A stretch of DNA of 64,000 bases from positions 1-64,000 of the IMG/VR virus record IMGVR_UViG_3300032225_001145; one strand, given 5' to 3'. The position numbers and the translations under genes are program-made. The notes under the pieces were generated by a model. That model was not told the DNA's origin. It did no database searches and saw nothing but the letters and a program-made list of their open reading frames with translations. How positions within the stretch are numbered: position 1 is the stretch's first letter; each line of letters starts with the position of its first letter. Of the stretch, positions 39,921 through 48,163 are shown piece after piece. Source of the DNA: a virus (lineage: Duplodnaviria; Caudoviricetes).

Positions 39921-40922
39921 ATGAAATATGTTCTTATAGATACCGCTAATCTTTTCTTTCGTGCTAGGCATGGGGCATTCCGTGCTAGTGATACTTGGGA
40001 AAAAATAGGATTTGCCCTCCATGTTACTTTAATGGCTGCCAACAAAATGGCTCGCAGATTTGAAGCAGATCATGTGGTTTTTGCCTTAGAAGGGCGTAGT
40101 TGGCGTAAGGACTTTTACAAACCGTACAAAGCCAATCGTACTGTAGCTAGACAAGCTCTTACAGAAGCTGAAGCGGAAGAAGATAAAATGTTTTGGGAAA
40201 CCTATGATTCCTTGACTAAATACTTGTCCGAAAAGACCAATTGTAGCGTAATACAATGCCCAACAGCAGAGGGTGATGATATTATAGCTCGTTGGATAGC
40301 ATTACATCCACAGGACGAACATGTCATTATTAGTAGCGATACTGATTTTGTTCAGTTATTAGCAAAAAATGTCAAGCAGTACAATGGAATTACCGACGAA
40401 TTACATACAGTAGAAGGAATCTTTGATGCTAAAGGAAAACAAGTCATCGACAAGAAGACTAAGGAACCTAAAACGGTGCCGGACCCACAGTGGTTACTTT
40501 TTGAGAAGTGCATGCGAGGCGATTCGTCTGACAATGTTTTTTCAGCGTTTCCTGGAGTGCGTACAAAAGGCACCAAGAACAAAGTTGGTTTACAGGAAGC
40601 GTATGCTGATAAAGACAAAAAAGGATATAACTGGAACAATATGATGTTACAGCGTTGGACGGATCCAGAAGGTGTAGAGCATAGAGTATTAGACGACTAT
40701 GTCCGTAATGTAACCTTAGTAGATTTAACCGCACAACCAGAAGAAGTAAAAGCAGTAGTAGATGCTACTATACGAGAACAAATTAGTCACAAAGATGTAG
40801 GCCAAGTAGGAGTAAGGTTTTTACAATTCTGTGGCAAGTACGAATTGAATAAGTGTAGTGAGTCAGCGGAGACATTTGGTAGTTGGTTAAATGAAACCTA
40901 TAAAGGAGTATTGAATGGTTAA
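39921..40922 (+). CDS. rnh: T4 RNase H-like 5'-3' exonuclease
   Basis: LIDTAN, WRK..YKANR, EGDD, SSDTDF.Q, GDSSDN. Confidence 0.9.
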   Translation: MKYVLIDTANLFFRARHGAFRASDTWEKIGFALHVTLMAANKMARRFEADHVVFALEGRSWRKDFYKPYKANRTVARQALTEAEAEEDKMFWETYDSLTKYLSEKTNCSVIQCPTAEGDDIIARWIALHPQDEHVIISSDTDFVQLLAKNVKQYNGITDELHTVEGIFDAKGKQVIDKKTKEPKTVPDPQWLLFEKCMRGDSSDNVFSAFPGVRTKGTKNKVGLQEAYADKDKKGYNWNNMMLQRWTDPEGVEHRVLDDYVRNVTLVDLTAQPEEVKAVVDATIREQISHKDVGQVGVRFLQFCGKYELNKCSESAETFGSWLNETYKGVLNG

Positions 40923-41097
40923 GGAGGCTTTACAAACAACAATCTGCATTGCATTTTGTCTTGCGTTTGTATTATGGTTTTCATGGCCAGATTATAATCA
41001 ACACATGACCGTAAGATACGATTGTAGTATAGCAGAGATTAGTCCCGACTATCCTGTAGCTGTAAAAGAAGCGTGTAGAAAAAGGATATCTAAATGA
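40915..41097 (+). CDS. small membrane protein
   Basis: N-terminal hydrophobic helix, YDCSIAEISPD. Confidence 0.55.
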   Translation: MVKEALQTTICIAFCLAFVLWFSWPDYNQHMTVRYDCSIAEISPDYPVAVKEACRKRISK

Positions 41098-41543
41098 GTT
41101 TAGTAGCTAAACCAGTAATTGATAAACAGTTTTGGATTTTACAAGAAGATAATAATAAAGTAGGTAACATAGAAGCCTGTGATGGTGGTTATCAAGTTAA
41201 AATTAATAATCAAATTGTAGCACAGTACAAGACCATTAAATTAGTCGAAAGAAATATTAATGTTCACTTTGAAACAGTTGCTAAACCTTCAAAAAAGAAA
41301 CCTACCAATATAGTGCACGGTTATCCAGCGGCAGGTCGTGTGTATAATCCTATGTGGGACGTTCCACAAAAGTTACCAGTCTATACTAAAACAAAGAAAA
41401 GTAAATCATGGTATGCGGCTGGCTGGTATACTGTGAGACAAGGACGCCATTGGCAAGCTCAACAAGATCCTAAATTAATCGTACTACAACGATATCCTTA
41501 CAAGGGACCATTCCTAACTGAAGAAGAGGCACAATCAAAATGA
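41094..41543 (+). CDS. hypothetical protein
   Basis: ATGA-coupled ORF. Confidence 0.7.
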   Translation: MSLVAKPVIDKQFWILQEDNNKVGNIEACDGGYQVKINNQIVAQYKTIKLVERNINVHFETVAKPSKKKPTNIVHGYPAAGRVYNPMWDVPQKLPVYTKTKKSKSWYAAGWYTVRQGRHWQAQQDPKLIVLQRYPYKGPFLTEEEAQSK

Positions 41544-41914
41544 CAAATATGTTTCGCGATCAAGATAAATTCATGACCGCTTGCGAGCAAACAATCTCCG
41601 GCATGAACGACGAACAATTTAAAATGTACTGTAATTTGATTACAGAAGAATACGATGAACTTCGCGTGGCCATTGCCAACAAGAATCAAGTTGAAACATT
41701 AGATGCGTTGGTTGATATTTTAGTTGTTACCATTGGCGCTATCAATTCTATGGGCGCAGATGGCGAAGGAGCATGGCGGGAGGTCATGGCCACTAACTTT
41801 GCTAAGATTGATAGACAGTTAGGTAAAGTACGCCGTCGTGAAGATGGTAAAATCCTCAAACCAGAAGGTTGGGAACCACCTAAGTTAGAGAACTTTTTAA
41901 AGAGAGAACATTGA
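41540..41914 (+). CDS. MazG-superfamily NTP pyrophosphohydrolase
   Basis: EEYDEL, DALVDILVV, NFAK, REDGKILKP. Confidence 0.85.
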   Translation: MTNMFRDQDKFMTACEQTISGMNDEQFKMYCNLITEEYDELRVAIANKNQVETLDALVDILVVTIGAINSMGADGEGAWREVMATNFAKIDRQLGKVRRREDGKILKPEGWEPPKLENFLKREH

Positions 41915-42120
41915 GTATACACTTACAAAAATTCATTGAAAGAGTCCGGGCTAACGATGCTCGAGGCGGCAAGGATTTTGTTATGCCCATGAAGGATGCT
42001 AAGGGTATGGCAGCCGATTTAACCGAACTATTGTTAGAACTTAGGGCTTTTCAGACTGCTATTTTAAAAGAACAGCAAAATCAAGTACTAGAAATCAAGA
42101 TTGACGGTGGGAAGTTTTAA
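41911..42120 (+). CDS. hypothetical protein
   Basis: TTG start overlapping the previous stop. Confidence 0.6.
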   Translation: MSIHLQKFIERVRANDARGGKDFVMPMKDAKGMAADLTELLLELRAFQTAILKEQQNQVLEIKIDGGKF

Positions 42121-42150
42121 TATGAGTATATTATGGCTAAATAATATACT

Positions 42151-42438
42151 ATGTCGCGACCCAAGCCAACCATCCTAGCCGAGCTTACAAATAAGCAAAC
42201 ATACAAGACTGAGCAAGTACTTGCTTCAGAAGGTGTATGGGCTGTTTACTTTGATAGTAAACCTGTCAATCTCAAAACTTCTAATTTATTAGTTCAGTAC
42301 CCTGGACCAAAATACAAAAAAGTAAGTTTTAGCAATCCAGGTCACGCAATTAATCTTGCTAAGAAACTTAACACGCAATTTAAAACTGATAAGTTTAGCG
42401 TAGTATTACTCAAGCAAGGCGCACAAGTATATCCTTAA
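42151..42438 (+). CDS. hypothetical basic protein
   Basis: TAAATA at 42138-43 just upstream. Confidence 0.7.
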   Translation: MSRPKPTILAELTNKQTYKTEQVLASEGVWAVYFDSKPVNLKTSNLLVQYPGPKYKKVSFSNPGHAINLAKKLNTQFKTDKFSVVLLKQGAQVYP

Positions 42439-42450
42439 GATGGTATTACT

Positions 42451-42819
42451 GTGCGCGATAAAATCAAACTTACCGAAAAATTAGTATCACAACTTCCAGA
42501 AGAAAAACGGATTAGTGTAGAGTCCGCAAGAGTATCATGGTGGCATAATGTAAGGCCAACAGGTGGATTAAGACTAACTTCTACCGGTTGGCTTGCTCTA
42601 GCTGGAGATCTTGATTTAGAATTTTATGAATATAAAATAAAAGATCCCGTAGCATTTAATCAACATATGATATTATCATTAGATCGAAAATTACAAATGC
42701 CCTACTATATTGTAGCAACCAAAGGCATACCAAAAGCCGTGGTGTTTTTTGATAGCAAAGAAGCGGTGCTAGCCAATTTATACGGTGATTTAGAAAAGTT
42801 TCTTGACAACTATAATTAA
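42451..42819 (+). CDS. hypothetical protein
   Basis: 122-aa ORF, GTG start. Confidence 0.65.
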   Translation: MRDKIKLTEKLVSQLPEEKRISVESARVSWWHNVRPTGGLRLTSTGWLALAGDLDLEFYEYKIKDPVAFNQHMILSLDRKLQMPYYIVATKGIPKAVVFFDSKEAVLANLYGDLEKFLDNYN

Positions 42820-42831
42820 CGGTGTTATACT
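42803..42831 (+). promoter_or_regulatory. sigma70-type promoter for the tRNA(CAT) gene
   Basis: TTGACA-17-TATACT. Confidence 0.7.
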
Positions 42832-42847
42832 ACACAAGTAGTAGATA

Positions 42848-42924
42848 GGGCCGGTAGCTCATTCGGTTAGAGCAGAGGACTCATAATCCTTTGGTGGAGT
42901 GTTCGAATCACTCTCGGCCCACCA
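42848..42924 (+). tRNA. tRNA with CAT anticodon, probably Ile2 (lysidine type) rather than Met
   Basis: Cloverleaf, loop CTCATAA, TTCGAAT, ACCA end. Confidence 0.88.
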
Positions 42925-42939
42925 GAACTAAATAACTTT

Positions 42940-43107
42940 ATGGAACAGAACAAAAAACCCGTTGATAAGTTTTATTACTCTGAAAAAGAGTGGGATCGTT
43001 TAGGATGCGGCCCGTTGCCAGAAGAGCGTGATCGTAATAAGTTTCAAGAAGCCCACGCAAAAGGAAATCCTAAGATTGACGGCAAAGCTGTAAAAGGATA
43101 TAATTAA
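42940..43107 (+). CDS. hypothetical 55-aa protein
   Basis: TAAATA 5 nt before ATG; MEQNKKPVDKFYYSEKEWDRLGCG. Confidence 0.6.
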   Translation: MEQNKKPVDKFYYSEKEWDRLGCGPLPEERDRNKFQEAHAKGNPKIDGKAVKGYN

Positions 43108-43199
43108 AATGGGTATGTTAGGTTTATTAGTTTTCGTAGCAATACTATTATATGCTCTAATAGAATTAAAAGATTATTATAAAGATAATCAATAAAGAT

Positions 43200-43284
43200 A
43201 TGTTTTACTACGTTTATCAGATTACTAATCTTTGTTAGTGGTAGGCTCAAAACAAGTATACCACAAAAAAGAATTGTAGTTTAA
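43200..43284 (+). pseudogene. possible remnant of a GIY-YIG homing endonuclease gene
   Basis: MFYYVYQITNL then stop; shifted frame gives FVSGRLK.. Confidence 0.35.
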
Positions 43285-43297
43285 TGCTTTGAAAGAA

Positions 43298-43586
43298 AGC
43301 GGTTGCGGACCCGGGGGCGGAGCCCGGCACCTCCACCATAAGCAGTTTGGTAACAGAATGTTTATGATGGGGGTGAATTAGGATCGACGTGGCAGTAAGT
43401 ATGGATAAGATCTACACAGTAGGCGATGACTGTCAATCAAGCAAATCTCGTAAATGCAAAAGCATCTACTGGCGAAGTAACTGTTTCAGCTAAGAACCTC
43501 AAGTTCCGCACTTTAGCAGCCAAAGGCCAATCTTTAGCAGTTTAATCACTGCTTAGGGCAGGACATGCCTCGTAACAGAAATCACC
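43298..43586 (+). ncRNA. ssrA: circularly permuted (two-piece) tmRNA
   Basis: 3' half (T arm, CACCTCC-ACCA ending 43338) precedes 5' half GGGGGTG..GGATCGAC at 43369; G3-U70 pair; tag frame 43456-43545; outer ends approximate. Confidence 0.9.
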
Positions 43587-43613
43587 AGAACCCGCTTCGG
43601 CGGGTTTCTTTTT
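43587..43613 (+). terminator. rho-independent terminator of tmRNA
   Basis: AACCCGC-TTCG-GCGGGTT plus T tract. Confidence 0.88.
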
Positions 43614-43707
43614 ATCATAATGTACCAAAATCTAGCAATTTTTGCAGCCCAAGACAAAAAAACAATAAATAGTAGTTCAGCATTACAAACATAAAGGAAA
43701 TTAACGC

Positions 43708-44451
43708 ATGAAAAAAGTACTATTAGCATTATTTGCAATCGCTGGCTTTACAGCCGCTCACGCACAAGTATCAGGCAATTTAAGTTTGACTTCTGATTAT
43801 CGTTTCCGCGGTATTAGTCAATCTCAAAATGCTCCTGCCGTACAAGGTGGTGTTGACTATGCTCACTCAAGTGGTTTGTATATTGGTAACTGGAACAGTA
43901 GTGTTTCAAGCCAAGTATATACAAATGGCGCAGGTGTAGAGTCTGACTTGTATGCTGGATATAAGAAAGATATTTACAAAGGTCTAACATTAGATGTTGG
44001 TTCTTATAACTACTTCTATCCACGTGCTACAGCAACAAGAACTGGTTCAAACTTTGATACATACGAAGCTTTCGTTGGTCTAGGTTATGGTCCGGTTGCT
44101 GTTAAGTATAGTCAAACTTTAGGTAATGGTTACTTTGGTACCGTTAACGCTAAAAACACAAACTACACACAAGCTGACATTGCTCAATCATTTGAGCCAT
44201 TGAGTGCTAAGTTGAAGAATTTGAGTTTCTTAGCTCATTATGGTCGTACTAATGTTGCTAACAGTTCAAATTTGGACTACAACGACATCAATGTTGGCTT
44301 AGGTTATGCTTTGCCAAAAGATTGGTCAGTAAATGCCAAGTACTATACAAATAGTTCTATGACAAGTACTTTCCAAACAGCTAATAATGTAAATGGTCAA
44401 AAACTTTACAAAAACGCTGTTGTTGCAACATTAACCAAAACATTTGAATAA
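43708..44451 (+). CDS. TorF/TIGR02001-type outer-membrane beta-barrel protein
   Basis: Signal peptide, SDYRFRGISQ, PAVQGGVD, GLYIGNWNS, near-terminal Phe. Confidence 0.85.
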   Translation: MKKVLLALFAIAGFTAAHAQVSGNLSLTSDYRFRGISQSQNAPAVQGGVDYAHSSGLYIGNWNSSVSSQVYTNGAGVESDLYAGYKKDIYKGLTLDVGSYNYFYPRATATRTGSNFDTYEAFVGLGYGPVAVKYSQTLGNGYFGTVNAKNTNYTQADIAQSFEPLSAKLKNLSFLAHYGRTNVANSSNLDYNDINVGLGYALPKDWSVNAKYYTNSSMTSTFQTANNVNGQKLYKNAVVATLTKTFE

Positions 44452-44469
44452 TTCTTATTCTATGTAATC

Positions 44470-44493
44470 AAAAGGACCTTCGGGTCCTTTTTT
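44470..44493 (+). terminator. rho-independent terminator
   Basis: AAAAGGACC-TTCG-GGTCCTTTTTT. Confidence 0.88.
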
Positions 44494-44548
44494 ATTGACC
44501 ATTTAGTATCGCTATAATGATATAATTTAGTTCTTAAATAGTTACATC

Positions 44549-44803
44549 ATGCGAGCACTTTGGGATCGACATCCTGAGCTTCCTTATAGGGCTGTAGCAC
44601 CATGGCCCATCATAGAAACCAACGGGAATCTAGATTGGATCGCCGCAGTTGATACAATGGAATCTTGGCTCGAATCAACAGTTGGCAGACATTATGTCCG
44701 TTGGACTTGGACCATGTGGACATTGAATCAACCCAACTTATGCGGGGTTAGTTTTGCCCGTGATACAGATTCTACGCTATTTTTGCTAAAATGGAACCAT
44801 TAG
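44549..44803 (+). CDS. hypothetical Trp-rich protein
   Basis: TAAATA upstream; ends FLLKW. Confidence 0.6.
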   Translation: MRALWDRHPELPYRAVAPWPIIETNGNLDWIAAVDTMESWLESTVGRHYVRWTWTMWTLNQPNLCGVSFARDTDSTLFLLKWNH

Positions 44804-44815
44804 TACAAACAAAGG

Positions 44816-44844
44816 TTGACAAACAAACATAAATACCTTACAAT
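44816..44844 (+). promoter_or_regulatory. sigma70-type promoter with nested TAAATA
   Basis: TTGACA 44816-21, 17 nt, TACAAT 44839-44. Confidence 0.8.
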
Positions 44845-44854
44845 ATACAATACT

Positions 44855-44965
44855 ATGAAAAACATTATTCATTCTTCATTATTACAGCCAACACAAGGCG
44901 GGCTAGCCTATTGGGCAGTGGATTGTGGCATGATTAATGTACTAGAAGCAAAGGGTCTTAGTTAA
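44855..44965 (+). CDS. putative attenuator leader peptide (36 aa)
   Basis: MKNIIHSSLLQPTQGGLAYWAVDCGMINVLEAKGLS*; last codons form the antiterminator 5' strand. Confidence 0.65.
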   Translation: MKNIIHSSLLQPTQGGLAYWAVDCGMINVLEAKGLS

Positions 44966-45024
44966 TATTGTATTAATATATTTTTTAACCAAGACCCTGG
45001 AACTAAACACTCCAGGGTTTTTTT
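44952..45024 (+). promoter_or_regulatory. mutually exclusive antiterminator/terminator (attenuator)
   Basis: 44952-65 pairs 13/14 with 44985-98; ACCCTGGA 44994-45001 pairs with TCCAGGGT 45011-18, then a T run. Confidence 0.75.
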
Positions 45025-45044
45025 ATTTTGAAAAGGAAAGAAAG

Positions 45045-45203
45045 ATGATAGATTATACCAAATTGAATGATCGTATTATCGAGCAGGCTTATTCGAACAT
45101 TTTGAGTCCAGAAGAAAAACGCAAACTGATCGAAGAAAAATTTAATCGGGCTGCTCAATATTATAAATCGGTACAAGCACCAATCTACCCAATTAAGGAC
45201 TAG
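45045..45203 (+). CDS. hypothetical 52-aa protein
   Basis: AAGGA SD; MIDYTKLNDRIIEQAY.. Confidence 0.55.
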   Translation: MIDYTKLNDRIIEQAYSNILSPEEKRKLIEEKFNRAAQYYKSVQAPIYPIKD

Positions 45204-45229
45204 ACAAAGTAGTTGAATTGTAGTATAAT
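45201..45229 (+). promoter_or_regulatory. sigma70-type promoter upstream of the tRNA cluster
   Basis: TAGACA-17-TATAAT. Confidence 0.65.
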
Positions 45230-45398
45230 GTGTTATAGGAAACGAGATCCTGGTCTGCACGTAAAACATGGGCCAAATGGGCGGGCACTAAGATGAAACT
45301 CCTTGTGTGGGGCGAAAAATCAGTGTATAGTAAAGCGCATTGGACGATCCAAGTTATTGGAAGCAAACATCATAAGTGGCCAGTGCGTTTTACTATAT

Positions 45399-45485
45399 GC
45401 ATCGGTGGGTGAGTGGCTAAAACCATCTGACTGTAAATCAGACGCCTTAAGGGCTACGAAAGTTCGAATCTTTCCTGGTGCACCA
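45399..45485 (+). tRNA. tRNA-Tyr(GTA)
   Basis: Loop CTGTAAA, long variable arm, ACCA. Confidence 0.9.
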
Positions 45486-45534
45486 CTATAAAATGGTCGG
45501 CTCTTAAACATGTGCTAGTAATCTTAACAATAAC

Positions 45535-45612
45535 GGGGCGGTGGCGGAGTGGCCCAACGCAAGGGACTGCAAATCCCTAAAACCGTCAGTTCAAATCTGA
45601 CCCGCCCCTCCA
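45535..45612 (+). tRNA. tRNA-Cys(GCA)
   Basis: Loop CTGCAAA, U73, CCA. Confidence 0.9.
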
Positions 45613-45616
45613 TTTT

Positions 45617-45693
45617 GGTTTGGTAGTTCAATTGGTCAGAGCACCGCCCTGTCACGGCGGAAGTTGCGAGTTCGAGTCTCGTCCAGACCGCCA
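45617..45693 (+). tRNA. tRNA-Asp(GTC)
   Basis: Loop CTGTCAC, GCCA. Confidence 0.92.
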
Positions 45694-45697
45694 AGAA

Positions 45698-45852
45698 TGT
45701 CGCCCGACCTAGGGGTTAATACTAGGGGTTGCTGACTCGCCATAGCAGTTAGGGTTAGGTAGATTAGACAAAAATCTCCACGCAGGTTGTAGCGGATACA
45801 ACTAACAGTGACAACTCAAGCCCGGGGCTCTACGACAATGAGTAGCCGGGCA
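45698..45852 (+). ncRNA. candidate multi-branch structured RNA between tRNA-Asp and tRNA-Glu
   Basis: Closing stem TGTCGC/GTGACA, several internal hairpins, 3' GCCCGG/CCGGGC stem. Confidence 0.5.
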
Positions 45853-45856
45853 CTTC

Positions 45857-45932
45857 GCTCCCATCGTCTAGAGGCCTAGGACACGACCCTTTCACGGTCG
45901 GTACGCCGGTTCGAATCCGGCTGGGAGCGCCA
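45857..45932 (+). tRNA. tRNA-Glu(TTC)
   Basis: Loop CTTTCAC, GCCA. Confidence 0.92.
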
Positions 45933-45950
45933 AACATTAAATAGTAATAC

Positions 45951-46025
45951 GAGTCCCTGATGTCAACGGTAGCATGTCGGTCTCCAAAACCGATCGTCGG
46001 AGTTCGAATCTCTGGGGATTCGCCA
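45951..46025 (+). tRNA. tRNA-Trp(CCA)
   Basis: Loop CTCCAAA, GCCA. Confidence 0.9.
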
Positions 46026-46045
46026 AACAACTTTGAAAGACATTA

Positions 46046-46516
46046 ATGAAATTCAACATACCACTAATCAAAGAATTTATTGACCGACAGGGTCCCGATA
46101 CTAAGATTTATATTGGAGTGGACTCTGAACGAATTAAACGCGGTAAAGAATGGTATGCTGATTATACTGCGGCTATTGTAGTACACATTGACGGCAAGCA
46201 CGGATGTAAGTTATTTGGTGAAGTTACTCGGGAACGAGATTATGATAGAGTAGACCGACCTAATACTAGATTAATGATGGAAGTGTTCAAAGTCAGTGAA
46301 TTATATTTGAAACTTGCCGAGGTACTAGAAAACAGAACAGTAGAAGTACACTTAGATATCAATCCAGACGAAAGTTACACAAGTTCCAATGTAGTAGCAC
46401 AAGCCATTGGTTATATTAGAGGTACTTGCAATGTTGAACCCTTTGTCAAACCTCAAGCATTTGCGGCAACCTATGCCGCTGATAGAATGAAGGGTTTACG
46501 AGTAGCAAACGAATAA
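46046..46516 (+). CDS. RNase H-like YkuK (DUF458) family protein
   Basis: IYIGVDS, RLMMEV, VEVHLDIN, KPQAFAATYAAD. Confidence 0.85.
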   Translation: MKFNIPLIKEFIDRQGPDTKIYIGVDSERIKRGKEWYADYTAAIVVHIDGKHGCKLFGEVTRERDYDRVDRPNTRLMMEVFKVSELYLKLAEVLENRTVEVHLDINPDESYTSSNVVAQAIGYIRGTCNVEPFVKPQAFAATYAADRMKGLRVANE

Positions 46517-46531
46517 AAATAAATATAATAT

Positions 46532-47527
46532 ATGGAAAAATTAATAGAAATAAAAAATTCAAATAATAGTATATATGTCTACTGGATTCTCACTGATTTT
46601 TGTAATCAGCATTGTACATATTGTCCGCCAAGTTTAAATAATGCAACTTACGCAAATAAACCAAATTTTATAACTGATGCTGATATCGATCGATTTATTG
46701 ACAAATTAATTGATACTAAGAAAAAAACACAAAAAAAACTGATTGTTGGTATAGCAGGTGGAGAACCCACCACTCATAATAAGTTTCCTGATATTATAAA
46801 AAGATTATGCGACTATGCTTCTATAGAAGTAGTAACTAATGGGACACGGAGCGTTAAGTGGTGGAGTGAATTGCCGGCATTGCCTGACTTAACTGTTTTG
46901 TCGTTACACCCAGAATATTATGATGCTAAAAAAATAAAAATTAATGAACTGTGTGATTTTTTAACAGAAAATAATAAAGTTATACAATTTAACTTAATGT
47001 GCCATCCAGCAATGTGGGACAAAACTATGACAATGTTTAACGATATAGCTGAAAAGTATAAACAATTTATAATTCCAAAAGTTATACAAAATATGGATAA
47101 TAGTGGCGTTATGAATAATCAAGAAAAAAAAATATATAATTATTCAGTAGAACAATTGAATTTTATCAAAAATCATCAATATAAAATACATACGACTGAT
47201 AAAACTAGAAAAGCTAGCATCAGCATATATGCCGACTCAACTTCTAAAAAATGTAATCCAAACGCATTGATGGCGGATGGGCAACATTATTTTAAGAATT
47301 GGAAATGTTCGGCAGGCAGCGAAGGAATATCTGTTTCGCCCGAAGGAAAAATTTTAGCCGGTATTTGTGGAGCTAAACAATTAGGAACTTTGCAGACTAC
47401 TTTTGAATTTCTCGATGACTATTTAAATTGCCCAAAAGTTAATTGTGCCTGCCCCGGAGACATTGTTCTTAATAAGTATGATCCAACACTGGTTAGACAA
47501 AATACTAGTGATTCTAAAATTGAATAG
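46532..47527 (+). CDS. radical SAM protein with C-terminal Cys cluster (Twitch/SPASM-like)
   Basis: CNQHCTYC, GGEPT, VTNG, C..C..CPKVNCAC. Confidence 0.88.
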   Translation: MEKLIEIKNSNNSIYVYWILTDFCNQHCTYCPPSLNNATYANKPNFITDADIDRFIDKLIDTKKKTQKKLIVGIAGGEPTTHNKFPDIIKRLCDYASIEVVTNGTRSVKWWSELPALPDLTVLSLHPEYYDAKKIKINELCDFLTENNKVIQFNLMCHPAMWDKTMTMFNDIAEKYKQFIIPKVIQNMDNSGVMNNQEKKIYNYSVEQLNFIKNHQYKIHTTDKTRKASISIYADSTSKKCNPNALMADGQHYFKNWKCSAGSEGISVSPEGKILAGICGAKQLGTLQTTFEFLDDYLNCPKVNCACPGDIVLNKYDPTLVRQNTSDSKIE

Positions 47528-47551
47528 TCAAGAACAGGATCTTTGTTAAAT

Positions 47552-48118
47552 TTAATTTATTATGTAATTTTTAAAGTTATCTACAACTTCTAACCAGGGC
47601 ATGTTTTTAATTTTAGGACGAAGACTAACAGCATATCGATTACCAAACCCACTTGCGCGATGCGGAACTGACGCATTTACAAGATATGCTCCAACCATCA
47701 TATCGTACACTTTAATAGGGGCAACATTTGTAGAACAACGAATCCTCTTATAACCAGATCTTAGATATTCAGGACTATCAGGTTCATCTAAAACAGGATC
47801 TAGCATTTCTTTAGTCCAGTATTCCATTCTAGCACTACCGTTGTGAATCCAGTTAATCCCCCAAACACACGGAGCAGTTGGTTCTTTAAGTTCCGTTGCT
47901 TCGTCGGAATGAATTAGGCCAATAAAATTAGGTTTATAGAAAAAGTTGAATCCTTCAAATTCTATATTATTAAAAATGAGCCATTCTGGTTTAACTAATT
48001 CTTTTGCTACCATCATTTTATGCGTAGGTTCTGTAAAATCAAACAAAGATTTTTTAGCAGAATCTAACAATATATCAGGTAGCAATGGAAAATTTAATTT
48101 ATAGACATATTCAAACAT
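47552..48118 (-). CDS. HxD..H double-stranded beta-helix (oxygenase/cupin-like) protein
   Basis: IHSD, GINW, VNASVPH, AVSLR. Confidence 0.55.
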   Translation of the reverse strand: MFEYVYKLNFPLLPDILLDSAKKSLFDFTEPTHKMMVAKELVKPEWLIFNNIEFEGFNFFYKPNFIGLIHSDEATELKEPTAPCVWGINWIHNGSARMEYWTKEMLDPVLDEPDSPEYLRSGYKRIRCSTNVAPIKVYDMMVGAYLVNASVPHRASGFGNRYAVSLRPKIKNMPWLEVVDNFKNYIIN

Positions 48119-48163
48119 AAGATATTTATGTAAAATCTTATACCAAATACTTACATGAGTGTG

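Noticed and set aside
1222-43738. Many short minus-strand and alternate-frame ORFs in the track
   Set aside because: Shadows of longer motif-bearing plus-strand genes
45303-46030. ORFs 45303-45491, 45320-45511 and 45830-46030
   Set aside because: Overlap tRNA genes; no coding signals
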